This document shows, piece after piece, positions 38,002 to 47,039 of a stretch of 64,000 bases of DNA. Under the pieces are notes generated by a model, which ran no database searches, had not been told where the DNA came from, and saw only the letters and a list, made by a program, of their open reading frames with translations. A program made the position numbers and the translations under genes. Numbering within the stretch: the stretch's first letter is position 1; the number at the start of each line of letters is the position of its first letter. Source of the DNA: Candidatus Palauibacter sp. (lineage in GTDB: Bacteria; Gemmatimonadota; Gemmatimonadetes; Palauibacterales; Palauibacteraceae); the NCBI RefSeq assembly GCF_965261555.1, contig NZ_OZ253465.1, positions 686,667-750,666 of the forward strand, written 5' to 3'.

Positions 38002-39861
38002 TCAGGGTTCTGAGTTCAAGACGCCCACTTGCCGCGGGATGTCAACGAGTGCGGAGCGCTCGAAGCGGACGCGGCCTTGGGCGTCGAGGACGAAGTTGGC
38101 TTGGATCGCGTACACGCCGAACGCGTCCGTCGCGTCGTCCTCAAGATCGTAGTAGACGGGATACGTGATCCCGCGCTCCTCAATGAACGCATCCATCTCC
38201 ACCCCCGCCGGATCCCGCCAGGCGATAGACAGCACCCGTGCGCCCAGGCGCTCCATCGTCTCCTGAAGACGCACCACGTCCGGGATCTTCTGGACGCACG
38301 GCGGACACCACCGGGCCCAGAAGATGACCACAGTGGGTTTTCCGGCGGTCAGGTCGGCCAGTGTGTGCCGGTTTCCGCCCGCATCGGTTACCTGAGCGTC
38401 GCCGGGGGTCCACTCCACGGCAGCGGACAGGACATTGGGCAACACCTGAACGGTCCCGGCGTCGAGCAGGTCGCGCCATTCGGGGCCGTCGGGGTCGTGA
38501 CCGACCAGCATGGCGAGCGAGTCGGCCTCTTCCGGGGACGTGATCGGGTCGGAGGCCAACGCCGCGTAGGCACGCGCAGCGCCCTCCACGTCGCCGGCAT
38601 TCAGCTTCAACTCGCCGAGGATCTCGAACAAATCCGGGCTCGCTGACCGGGTCGTCGCCTCCTCGACGATTCCCATGGCCGCGTCCGGGCTCGCGAATTC
38701 GTTGAGAAACCTGGCGTAGTCCTTCAACAGGGCACCGCGCTGGACGGCGACCGATTGAGCGTGCTCGTCGGCGGTTCGCCCCAGCGGCCGGACCGGGTCC
38801 GGCAACTCATAGCGCACCCTCGCGAGTTCCACGGCGCGTGAGCGACGCTCAGGGATCACGGCAATCATTCGGGGCAGCGCCAATCCCACCAACCCATAGG
38901 GGAACAAACGCTCGACCCATCGGTCCAGTGCGTTGAGGTCCCTCGCCGCGATGGCGAGCTCAAAGGCGAAAGCCTCAAACGGGCTCGTTGTCCCCTGGGC
39001 GTCCGGCCAATGACGCTCGAATTCGGCCAGCGCCAGCGCCGTATCTCCGTCGGTCTCCAATCGCGTCAAGGTCCTCCATCCGATGTCCATGGCCCAGGCG
39101 TCCGTCCCAGCCGTCTGTTCGGCGATAGACGTCCAGTGGGCACCACCCTCTTGGTGGAGCACGGCGGCGGCATAGCCGGAAAGCCCCTGGATCGCGGACA
39201 GCGAGAGTTCTTCGCTACGGTCCTTGTAGTGTTCGTGCAGCTCGGCGAAATGCGCCTGGTGCCACGCGAAGAGGCTGTCGCCTGTGGTCGATCCCAGAGC
39301 CGATCTCTCGAAAGAGCGAAGCTCACTCCAGCCGTCGAGCGAGTCCGGATACAACTCCATTGCACGGCGAAGCGCCTCCAGCGATGTGTGCACGTTCCGA
39401 TCCTCGAACTCGTCGGCCCGGCGCCTGAACGCGTGGTAGAGTGGCCTGTCGTCCGGTGCGTGCACGAGGAGATCGAAGAGCCGACCGCTGTTCGCGTCGA
39501 GCCGCTCGCCCGTCGCGTCCTCCACAACGAAGGCGGCGTAAACCGCGGCTTCCGGCAGGGTGAACCGCGTAGAAAAAGTGCCGCCGGATCCTCGGTTCAT
39601 GGTGGGGATCGTGAGCAGCCTCTCCTCGAGCCGAACCCGCCAGGACTTGTCATCGGCGGTTCCATACGTGCCACGCAGCACAAGTTCGGGTGCGTCGGCA
39701 AGCGTCCCGATCGGCGTATACGTGACCGTAATCTCGTCGCCCGCCATCGGGCGTTCGGGGGCGAAACGAAGCCCGGTCTCCCCTGGTGCCGTCTCCCGTG
39801 CGCAGGATAGCGCAGTTCCCACCGCGAGGGAGAGCGCAATCGCTCTGGACATTCTGATCAT
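38002..39861 (-). CDS. TlpA-like thiol-disulfide oxidoreductase lipoprotein with a long helical (TPR-like) N-terminal domain
   Basis: Signal MIRMSRAIALSLAVGTALSC; C-terminal thioredoxin fold with VVIFWARWCPPCVQ (CxxC). Confidence 0.75.
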   Translation of the reverse strand: MIRMSRAIALSLAVGTALSCARETAPGETGLRFAPERPMAGDEITVTYTPIGTLADAPELVLRGTYGTADDKSWRVRLEERLLTIPTMNRGSGGTFSTRFTLPEAAVYAAFVVEDATGERLDANSGRLFDLLVHAPDDRPLYHAFRRRADEFEDRNVHTSLEALRRAMELYPDSLDGWSELRSFERSALGSTTGDSLFAWHQAHFAELHEHYKDRSEELSLSAIQGLSGYAAAVLHQEGGAHWTSIAEQTAGTDAWAMDIGWRTLTRLETDGDTALALAEFERHWPDAQGTTSPFEAFAFELAIAARDLNALDRWVERLFPYGLVGLALPRMIAVIPERRSRAVELARVRYELPDPVRPLGRTADEHAQSVAVQRGALLKDYARFLNEFASPDAAMGIVEEATTRSASPDLFEILGELKLNAGDVEGAARAYAALASDPITSPEEADSLAMLVGHDPDGPEWRDLLDAGTVQVLPNVLSAAVEWTPGDAQVTDAGGNRHTLADLTAGKPTVVIFWARWCPPCVQKIPDVVRLQETMERLGARVLSIAWRDPAGVEMDAFIEERGITYPVYYDLEDDATDAFGVYAIQANFVLDAQGRVRFERSALVDIPRQVGVLNSEP

Positions 39862-39876
39862 TGGGTTTTCCGCGGC

Positions 39877-41652
39877 TCAGCCGGGATTCCGTGGTACGGT
39901 GTCCGTCGCCGGGGGACTCAGCAATTCGAGGAGGAAGTCGACGGCCTCTTCGGATTCGGTGCGGCCGAGCCAGTAGATGCCGCGCTCCCGCACTTCCTGA
40001 TCCGGTTCGTCGCGGATCAGTTCCATCAGTACCCTCGGAACCGTGGGGTCGGATCCGGCCCGCTGATAAATCGCGTAGATGGCCTGCCGCTTCAGGAAGG
40101 CCTCGGACAGCTCTCCGTACAGGTCGGCGAGATACGCCACCGTCAGCGTCGGGTGGGCCGCCCACGCGCTGAAGGCCGCGCCGCGCACGTCGCTGGCCAC
40201 CTCCGTGTCGTACGCGACCAGGCGCGCCCATTCGGCGGTCTGCATGTCCTCCTTCTGCCTCACCTTGCGCGCCAGCGCGCTGAGCAGAGACACCTTGTGA
40301 TCGTCCGAATCGAGCTGCTCGTAGAGTCGAACGAACACTCCGCCTTCCACGTGATCGAGGTCGCGCAGCGCATTGATCGCCTGGTAACGAATGCGGCCCG
40401 ACTTCGAGCGGTTGGCGAACGCGGCGACGAGAGCGTTCTGGATCGCGGTCGGCGCCGACGCGTCCACGGCATACCGGCTGCTGCGGAGCCCGCTGATCGC
40501 GTCGCTCTGCTCGGCGTCGTCATCCGAATCCCGGAGGGTTGCCGCGAGCACCCGGAACGCGGCCCGGGAGTTGAAACGCCACATTTCCTGAAGAGCGCTT
40601 CTGCGAACCGACTGTTCCGGATGGTTGGCGATGATGCCCAGGAGGACTCGCTCGGCTTCCTCGGTTTCCTCCCTCGCGATGAGCTCAACCGCCTCATCGT
40701 GAAGCCGCATCGAGCACTCATCCTCGCGGGCCAGGACATCGCGAAGCACCTGCACCCGGTTGACGTCATCGAAGCGCATCACGGCCTCGAGCGCCGCCAG
40801 CTGCACCGACACGTCTTCACACGCTTCCTGTTCCTGTGACCTGGCGCGCAGGGCCTCTTGGAGTTCCACCCGCTGCCAATGGAGGTTCGAAGCCTCGCGC
40901 ACGTAATCCGCAACCTGGCGCTCGTAGTCGGCCACGGGATCCGCCTGATCCGCCAACCGCCGGACGTAGTCGGCCACGCCCTGTACGTCCGGCTCGCCCT
41001 GTACGTCGGCCAGCAGTTCTGCGGCCACCGAGTCCGGCAGATCCGGCAGATCCGGCAGATCTGTCAGGTCGGCCGTCGACACGGGAAGCGAGAGGATGCG
41101 CCCCCCCACCTCCATGGGCATCACGCGAAAGCCCGGTATCGGGGCGGCAACGTCGAGCGTCTCCTCGGCCTCGCGCAACAGCTGCTCCGCATCGCCGGCG
41201 TCGCCGCTCGACGCGAGCTGGCTTTTGATCTCGAAGTCCAGGGCCCGCGCGTCGTGGTACAGCCGTCCGGCGGTCCTGCCCATGTTCGCCGGTCGCGCTT
41301 CGTCAAACCCGACCATCAGTATTTCCAGCAGCAAACGCGCTTCGGCCAGGTCGCCGAGGCGATAGCGGGCGAACGCTTCCCAGTAGTAGGAGTCGGGCTC
41401 GAACCGGGGTGTAGTGAGCGCGGACTCGGTTCGGACCGCCTGGAAGAGCGCCACCGCGCGTTCGAACTCCTCCGCGTTGATGGCGCGACGCGCTTCGAGG
41501 AAGCGCGCCACCTCTTCCTGCTGGACCGTCTGCGCGGCCAGGCTCTCCGCCCCGAACGCCCGCAGCGCATCGGGCGCGGGCGCGGCGTTCACGATGGCGA
41601 GGCCGGCGAGCAGCAGCCCGGTCCGGGTCAAGTGTCTCACGCGGTCACTCAT
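39877..41652 (-). CDS. HEAT/ARM-repeat protein with signal peptide
   Basis: Preferred start is Met292 of the track ORF (ATG 41652; alternative 41718), followed by a signal peptide (LLLAGLAIVNAAPA); the C-terminal half carries HEAT_2/PBS-lyase-like repeats (VRRSALQEM.., IRYQAINALRDL.., VRERGIYWLGR); the low-complexity 5' extension is discounted. Confidence 0.6.
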   Translation of the reverse strand: MSDRVRHLTRTGLLLAGLAIVNAAPAPDALRAFGAESLAAQTVQQEEVARFLEARRAINAEEFERAVALFQAVRTESALTTPRFEPDSYYWEAFARYRLGDLAEARLLLEILMVGFDEARPANMGRTAGRLYHDARALDFEIKSQLASSGDAGDAEQLLREAEETLDVAAPIPGFRVMPMEVGGRILSLPVSTADLTDLPDLPDLPDSVAAELLADVQGEPDVQGVADYVRRLADQADPVADYERQVADYVREASNLHWQRVELQEALRARSQEQEACEDVSVQLAALEAVMRFDDVNRVQVLRDVLAREDECSMRLHDEAVELIAREETEEAERVLLGIIANHPEQSVRRSALQEMWRFNSRAAFRVLAATLRDSDDDAEQSDAISGLRSSRYAVDASAPTAIQNALVAAFANRSKSGRIRYQAINALRDLDHVEGGVFVRLYEQLDSDDHKVSLLSALARKVRQKEDMQTAEWARLVAYDTEVASDVRGAAFSAWAAHPTLTVAYLADLYGELSEAFLKRQAIYAIYQRAGSDPTVPRVLMELIRDEPDQEVRERGIYWLGRTESEEAVDFLLELLSPPATDTVPRNPG

Positions 41653-41723
41653 GGTATGCCTCCGTACTCTATGGTCGACTCTGTGGTCGCTCTCCGTCGT
41701 CCTGTATCGCGCCTGCATCCGGA

Positions 41724-42821
41724 TCACGTGCCGCTCGCGGAGCGAAGCCGCAGCAGCGTCCCCTGCCGTTCCATGCTCTCGCGGGCCAGTTCGCGCTCGA
41801 AGTCCGGAGCGTCCGGGCCCAGGCGCGCGATCTGCACGAGGACGAGCTCGAGATCCTGCAGCAGCGTCCGCGCCTGCTGCCCGTCGGCGGCGGGCGTGGC
41901 GAGCCGTGAACGGGTCTCCACGAGCAGTTCGCGCGCCCACCGGGCGAGATCCTCCTGGGACTCGTCGGTGCCGATGTCCGTCCGGAAGGCGACGAGCAGG
42001 GTGCGGGCCCGGTCGAGGTGTCCCGCCATGTCGTACTCGTCGACGCTGGCGCGCCCCGCGGCGCCGGCAGGCCGTTGCGCCGGCGAGCTGACGGCGGCGC
42101 GGACCGGCGGGTCCGCCTCGGGCCGGGCCGCCGCCGGGGCCGGATCGGCTGCCGGCGGGCGCACGACCGCCGCGAACTGCCGGTTCGTCTCCAGGGGCTC
42201 CTCGACGACGGAAAGGGCCAGCGCCTCCTCGGCGGCCGTCGGCGCGAGGGGCCCGGAGTCGGTCGCGGCGACCGTCGGCCCGGTCGACGCAGCCGCTCCG
42301 ACCGACGCCGGGGCCGCCGACGCCACCGTCTCGGGCTCGGCAGGCACCGCCAGCTGCGGGCCGCCGTCGAGCGCCACGGCGAGCGCGACCGAAGCGGCGG
42401 CGGCTCCCGTCAGCCACGCGGCTGTCCGACCGGGCCGCCGCCCGAGCGTCCGGGCCACGACGAGCCGGAGCGGTCCGCGGGTCGCCTCGCGCGCGCCGGG
42501 GGTTTCGGGCTGCCGCGCGACCCATTCAGCTTCGATGCGTTCCCACATCGCCTCGCGCGGCGCGGGCGGCGGATCGTGGTAGCCCAGCACCTCGAGCGGG
42601 CGATCAGCGGCGTCGCCGACGCAGTCCACGGCATCCGCGATGCCCGACAAGTCCGCCGCCTCCGGCGAGTCCGACACCGGCGGCGCGCCCAGCCGCGTCT
42701 CGATCCCGGCCCACATCGCCTCGACCGGAGGCTCCGGCGGGTCGTGGTAGTCCGCCGCCTCCCGGCGGAGGAACCGGGCGAAGCGGCTCGCGTCGTCCGT
42801 GCGATCCTTCAGCATGCCCAT
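41724..42821 (-). CDS. membrane anti-sigma factor with a duplicated N-terminal motif
   Basis: Start at MGMLKD (42821) overlaps the sigma-factor stop; the motif DYHDPPEPPVEAMWAGIE recurs as GYHDPPPAPREAMWERIE; single TM (AAWLTGAAAASVALAVAL); Ala/Pro-rich periplasmic region. Confidence 0.6.
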   Translation of the reverse strand: MGMLKDRTDDASRFARFLRREAADYHDPPEPPVEAMWAGIETRLGAPPVSDSPEAADLSGIADAVDCVGDAADRPLEVLGYHDPPPAPREAMWERIEAEWVARQPETPGAREATRGPLRLVVARTLGRRPGRTAAWLTGAAAASVALAVALDGGPQLAVPAEPETVASAAPASVGAAASTGPTVAATDSGPLAPTAAEEALALSVVEEPLETNRQFAAVVRPPAADPAPAAARPEADPPVRAAVSSPAQRPAGAAGRASVDEYDMAGHLDRARTLLVAFRTDIGTDESQEDLARWARELLVETRSRLATPAADGQQARTLLQDLELVLVQIARLGPDAPDFERELARESMERQGTLLRLRSASGT

Positions 42822-43411
42822 TCTCCCGCGAAGTCCGCGAGCTTCTCCCGCAGGCGGCTGCGGGCCCGGAAGAGCTGCGACTTGGAGGTCCCGGCCTTGA
42901 TCCCGAGCATCGCCCCGATCTCCTCGTGCGTGTAGCCCTCGAGGTCGTGCAGCAGGAAGACGGTTCGATAGCCCGCGGGAAGCTCGTCGATCGCGCGGTG
43001 CAGCCGGTCCTTGACGTCGGGTTCGAGCCGGTTCGGGCCGCCCGTCGAGCGGAGGTCGTCGTGCAGCGCGGTCTCGCGGCTGCGGAACCGCTTCACCTTG
43101 CGGAGCCCGTTCAGCGACACCGTCGTCGCGATCGATCCCAGCCACGTCCCGAACGCGGCCTCGCCGCGAAACGTGTCGATCTTCGTGAACGCCCGCACGA
43201 ACGTCTCCTGCGTGAAATCCTCGGCGAGATGGTCCTCGCCCGCGAACCGGTAGCATATCCGGAACACGCGGTCCACGTGCGCGTCGTACAACGCGCGCGC
43301 CGCGTCCTCGTCGCCGTCCCTGAGCCGCTGAATGAGTTGCGGTTCCGTCACCGTGCCGGGATCTCCGGGTACACGTCGGTTCTTCCGCTTCCAGAACGGT
43401 GACACAGCCAA
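42809..43411 (-). CDS. ECF (group IV) RNA polymerase sigma-70 factor
   Basis: Region 2 (DFTQETFVRAF) and region 4 (LPAGYRTVFLLHDLEGYTHEEIGAMLGIKAGTSKSQLFRAR) signatures. Confidence 0.9.
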   Translation of the reverse strand: MAVSPFWKRKNRRVPGDPGTVTEPQLIQRLRDGDEDAARALYDAHVDRVFRICYRFAGEDHLAEDFTQETFVRAFTKIDTFRGEAAFGTWLGSIATTVSLNGLRKVKRFRSRETALHDDLRSTGGPNRLEPDVKDRLHRAIDELPAGYRTVFLLHDLEGYTHEEIGAMLGIKAGTSKSQLFRARSRLREKLADFAGEWAC

Positions 43412-43537
43412 CGCAGGATTAGTTGCGCGGGGGACGACCGGACCGCGGCGGGGATGCGCCGCGGCCGGTCGATCGGGGGCGGGGTTCCGCGAGGGGCCGA
43501 GACTCCCGGCCGGGCGCCGGGCGCCCGGACCCGCTAC

Positions 43538-44755
43538 TCAGGCGACGGCGACCGCCGCCCCCTGAATCACTTCGGCGATGTGTTCCAGCGCCCATTCGAG
43601 GCTGGCCTTTTCGATCGTGAGCGGAGGCGCAAAGCGGATCACCTGCTCGTGCGTCTCCTTGGCGAGGATCCCGCGCGCCTGCAGTTCCTCGCAGAACGGA
43701 CGGGCATCCCCGGACTCGTCGCGGATCACGACGCCGATGAACAGGCCGCGTCCACGCACGTGATCCACGTGGGGAGAGTCGATGGATTCCAGCTCCCGCT
43801 TGAACCAGGAGCCCAGTTCGTTCGACCGCCCGGCGAGATCCTCATCCCGTATCACGTCCAGCGCCGCCATGCCGACGGCCGCGGCGAGCGGATTCCCGCC
43901 GAACGTCGAGCCGTGGTCCCCCGGATGGAAGACGTCCATGATCTCGGAGTTCGCGAGGATCCCGGAGACGGGGAACACGCCTCCGCCGAGCGCCTTTCCG
44001 ACGATCATGATGTCGCCTCGGTCCGCCTCCCAGTCGGCGCAGAACAGCTTGCCGGTCCGCCCGAGGCCCGTCTGGATCTCGTCGTTGATCATGAGGACGT
44101 CGTTCGCCCGGCAGATCTCCAGCGCCCGCGCATAGAAACCATCCGGCGGCACGACGACGCCCGCCTCGCCCTGGATGGGCTCGACGAGGAAGCCGACGGT
44201 GTTCGGCGTGATCGCCGCCTCGAGCGCATCCGCGTCGCCGTAGGGAATCGGCACGAAGCCCGGCGTGAAGGGACCGAACCCGAAGGTGGACCCCTGGTCC
44301 GAGGAGAAACCGACGATGGTCGTCGTCCGGCCGTGGAAGTTCTGCTCGCAGACGATGATCTCCGCCCGGTCCTCCGCCACGCCCTTCACGGTGTAGCCCC
44401 ACTTGCGGGCCGCCTTGATCGCCGTCTCCACGCCCTCGGCGCCGGTGTTCATCGGCAGCGCGCGCTCGAACCCCGTCATCTCGCACAGTTGCTGGAGGAA
44501 CGGACCCATCCGGTCGTTGTGGAAGGCGCGCGACGTGAGCGTGAGCTTCTCCGCCTGCGCGCGCAGCGCCTCGATGATGCGGGGGTGACGGTGTCCCTGG
44601 TTCACCGCGGAATAGGCGCTCAGCATGTCGAGGTACTTCCTGCCCTCGACGTCCCACACCCACTCGCCCTCGCCGCGCTCGAGCACGACGGGAAGCGGGT
44701 GGTAGTTGTGGGCGCTCCACTTGTCGACCTGAGAGATGTAATCGCTGGTGTTCAT
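43538..44755 (-). CDS. rocD: ornithine aminotransferase (class III PLP aminotransferase)
   Basis: 405 aa; N-terminus ..WSAHNYHPLPVVLERGEGEWVWDVEGRKYLD and the conserved OAT core. Confidence 0.85.
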   Translation of the reverse strand: MNTSDYISQVDKWSAHNYHPLPVVLERGEGEWVWDVEGRKYLDMLSAYSAVNQGHRHPRIIEALRAQAEKLTLTSRAFHNDRMGPFLQQLCEMTGFERALPMNTGAEGVETAIKAARKWGYTVKGVAEDRAEIIVCEQNFHGRTTTIVGFSSDQGSTFGFGPFTPGFVPIPYGDADALEAAITPNTVGFLVEPIQGEAGVVVPPDGFYARALEICRANDVLMINDEIQTGLGRTGKLFCADWEADRGDIMIVGKALGGGVFPVSGILANSEIMDVFHPGDHGSTFGGNPLAAAVGMAALDVIRDEDLAGRSNELGSWFKRELESIDSPHVDHVRGRGLFIGVVIRDESGDARPFCEELQARGILAKETHEQVIRFAPPLTIEKASLEWALEHIAEVIQGAAVAVA

Positions 44756-44948
44756 CGCTTCCTCATTGGGCTGCCGAGCAATCCTCGGCCCGCGGTTGGA
44801 GCTGAACCCCGTCGGGGGACGGGAACCGTTCCTCGCCGGATCGAACCGGACCTGGGAGAGTAGACGAAAAGCCCACGCCCGACAAGGTGATTCGGGCGCG
44901 TGTTCCCGCCGATCTCCGTCCCCTGCCGCGGGCTGCTACCTTGGGCGC

Positions 44949-46436
44949 ATGAGCGACGCCTCCGCCATCCCCGACTTTACCGAATTCTCCCGCCTCGCCG
45001 AGCCCGGGCGGATGGTTCCCGTGGCCATCGAAATCCCGTTCGATCTGGACACTCCAGTGACGGCGTTCTCGAAGCTGCGGCGCGGCCCCTTCTCCTTCCT
45101 GCTCGAGTCGGTCGAGGGAGGGGAACGCTGGGCGCGATTCAGCTTCGTCGGCTCCGAGCCCCGGGAAGCGTGGCGACTCGACGGTTCGGAGATCCGGCTC
45201 TGGACGCCTACGGGGGGTTGGGGCGAGCCCGAGACCACGAGCGACCCCTTCGGCGCCTTCGAGGCCTGGATCACCCGATACGAACCGGTCGAACTCTCCT
45301 CCCTGCCGCGGTTCTGGGGCGGGGCCGTCGGATTCTTCGGCTACGACACGGTGCGCTGGATCGAGCGGCTGCCCGACGCGCCGCCGGACGACCTCGGCGT
45401 GCCGGACGCCTGCTTCATGGCGACGGAGCGCATGCTCATCGTCGACAACCTGTATTCCCGGGCCTTCGCCGTGGCGGCCGTGCCGGTCACGCCCGACGAC
45501 GACCCGGCCGAGCTGTACGGGGACGCCGTGGACCGACTCGCCGACTGGGTGCGCGGCCTGGAGAGACCGCACGGGCTGGGGCCGCTCGGCAACGGCGGGG
45601 AGGCGAGCACGCCGAACGTGGCCGGAAACCGCTCGCGGGACGATTACGAGGCGGCCGTCGAGCGCATCCGCGAGTACATCGTGGCGGGAGATGCCTACCA
45701 GGTCGTCGTCTCGCAGCGCGCCGGCGCCCGTTACGAGGGCGATCCGCTGGAACTCTACCGCGCCCTCCGCCGCAGCAATCCATCCCCCTACCTCTTCTTC
45801 ATTGAATTGGACGGCATGCGCCTCATCGGGTCGTCCCCCGAGACACTCGTCCGGGTGGAAGACGGGATCGTGACCGTGCGCCCGATCGCCGGAACGCGTC
45901 CGCGCGGAGCCACGCCGTGCGAGGACGAACGGCACGCGCGCGAGCTGCTCGCCGACGAGAAGGAGCGGGCGGAACACCTCATGCTGGTGGATCTCGGCCG
46001 CAACGATGTGAGCCGGGTCGCCCGTCCCGGCTCCGTCGAGGTGTCGCGCTTCATGGAGGTCGAGCGCTACAGCCACGTCATGCACCTCGTGAGCGAGGTG
46101 GCCGGGTCGCTGAAGGACGGAGCCGACGCCGTCGATGCCTTCAAGGCCTGCTTCCCCGCCGGCACGCTCACCGGCGCCCCGAAGGTGCGCGCGATGGAGA
46201 TCGTCGATGAACTCGAACCGACGCGGCGAGGACCGTACGGCGGGGCGGCGGGCTACGTCGGATACGGCGCGACGAGCCTCGACATGGCCATCGTGATCCG
46301 CACGCTGCTCTCCGTCGGGGACCGCGTGTACGCGCAGGCCGGGGCCGGGATCGTCTACGACTCCGAACCCGCGCGCGAGTGGGAAGAGACCCGCCACAAG
46401 GCCCGCGTCCTCCTGGAGGCCCTGACGAAGGTCTAG
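44949..46436 (+). CDS. trpE: anthranilate synthase component I
   Basis: In-frame ATG at 44949; chorismate-binding C-terminus (..CFPAGTLTGAPKVRAMEIVDELEPTRRGPYGGAAGYV..). Confidence 0.9.
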   Translation: MSDASAIPDFTEFSRLAEPGRMVPVAIEIPFDLDTPVTAFSKLRRGPFSFLLESVEGGERWARFSFVGSEPREAWRLDGSEIRLWTPTGGWGEPETTSDPFGAFEAWITRYEPVELSSLPRFWGGAVGFFGYDTVRWIERLPDAPPDDLGVPDACFMATERMLIVDNLYSRAFAVAAVPVTPDDDPAELYGDAVDRLADWVRGLERPHGLGPLGNGGEASTPNVAGNRSRDDYEAAVERIREYIVAGDAYQVVVSQRAGARYEGDPLELYRALRRSNPSPYLFFIELDGMRLIGSSPETLVRVEDGIVTVRPIAGTRPRGATPCEDERHARELLADEKERAEHLMLVDLGRNDVSRVARPGSVEVSRFMEVERYSHVMHLVSEVAGSLKDGADAVDAFKACFPAGTLTGAPKVRAMEIVDELEPTRRGPYGGAAGYVGYGATSLDMAIVIRTLLSVGDRVYAQAGAGIVYDSEPAREWEETRHKARVLLEALTKV

Positions 46437-46446
46437 CGGGGTGTCG

Positions 46447-46839
46447 CTAGCGGGCGAGGCGCTCCTCGCGGGCGATGATGGGGTCGATCTGGTCGGCGTA
46501 TTCCTTGGCGTAGGCTAGGGCTTCCTCGAGGGCCTCCGTCCGCGTCCCGGCGAAGCGCTGGCCCACGGCGGCGCTCATCGCCCGGCCGGGTCCCGCCGCC
46601 GCGGCGATCTCCCATACCTCCGGCCCGCCGCGGAGCGCTGCGCGCCTGCCCGCCCGCGTCTCCCGGAACTCGATCTGCGGGAATCTCTGCGCGGCGAGCC
46701 ACTCCATCAGGATGTTTCTGAGTCCTTCCGAGGGCGTCCATTGCTGCTCGAGGAACACGCGTTCGAGTTCCGACTCGACCTCGCGTGAGACACGCGTGCA
46801 GAGGGGACGGGGCAGAGGCATGTATACATGGTATACCAT
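46447..46839 (-). CDS. hypothetical protein (C-terminus weakly resembles DUF433-like antitoxin-associated proteins)
   Basis: Internal start MVYHVYMPL at 46839; AT-richer palindromic sequence (catgtatacatggtataccat) at the start; the track ORF's 5' extension overlaps trpE's 3' end. Confidence 0.35.
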   Translation of the reverse strand: MVYHVYMPLPRPLCTRVSREVESELERVFLEQQWTPSEGLRNILMEWLAAQRFPQIEFRETRAGRRAALRGGPEVWEIAAAAGPGRAMSAAVGQRFAGTRTEALEEALAYAKEYADQIDPIIAREERLAR

Positions 46840-47039
46840 CCTCCGGAGACGTGCCAGTCCGGGCGGAACCATCGGCTCTGCGGCGAACGGCGATGTAACC
46901 CTTTCCCGGTTCGCGGCGTCTACGGGTGTATCGCGGGGGCGCTGCCGCTCCCGGAAGTCGGATGGAACCGGAACGAGGGAACGCGCTTCGGCCTCGGTTT
47001 CAGCCCTGGCTACGGCACTGGACAGGAGGCGACGCGACC

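Noticed and set aside
41034-41060. 9-bp x3 tandem repeat (ccggcagat) inside the HEAT gene
   Set aside because: Short in-frame LPD repeat (LPDLPDLPD). It was noted, but it is too small and unremarkable to count as a feature.
41653-42525. First ~290 aa of the track ORF 39877..42525 (Arg/Gly/Ala low complexity)
   Set aside because: It overlaps the anti-sigma gene in another frame. A Met followed by a signal peptide at 41652 gives a sensible HEAT-protein start.
40858-42935. Plus-strand ORFs of 574 aa and 305 aa
   Set aside because: Antisense to the HEAT, anti-sigma and sigma genes, with Arg/Ala/Gly-rich composition.
44756-44948. Possible trp attenuator upstream of trpE
   Set aside because: There is a CCCCGTCgggGACGGG hairpin, but no Trp-codon-rich leader peptide or T-tract. 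This is insufficient to call an attenuator.
43454-46397. ORFs 43454..44863 (+) and 44763..46397 (-)
   Set aside because: Antisense to rocD and trpE respectively, which are both confidently identified.
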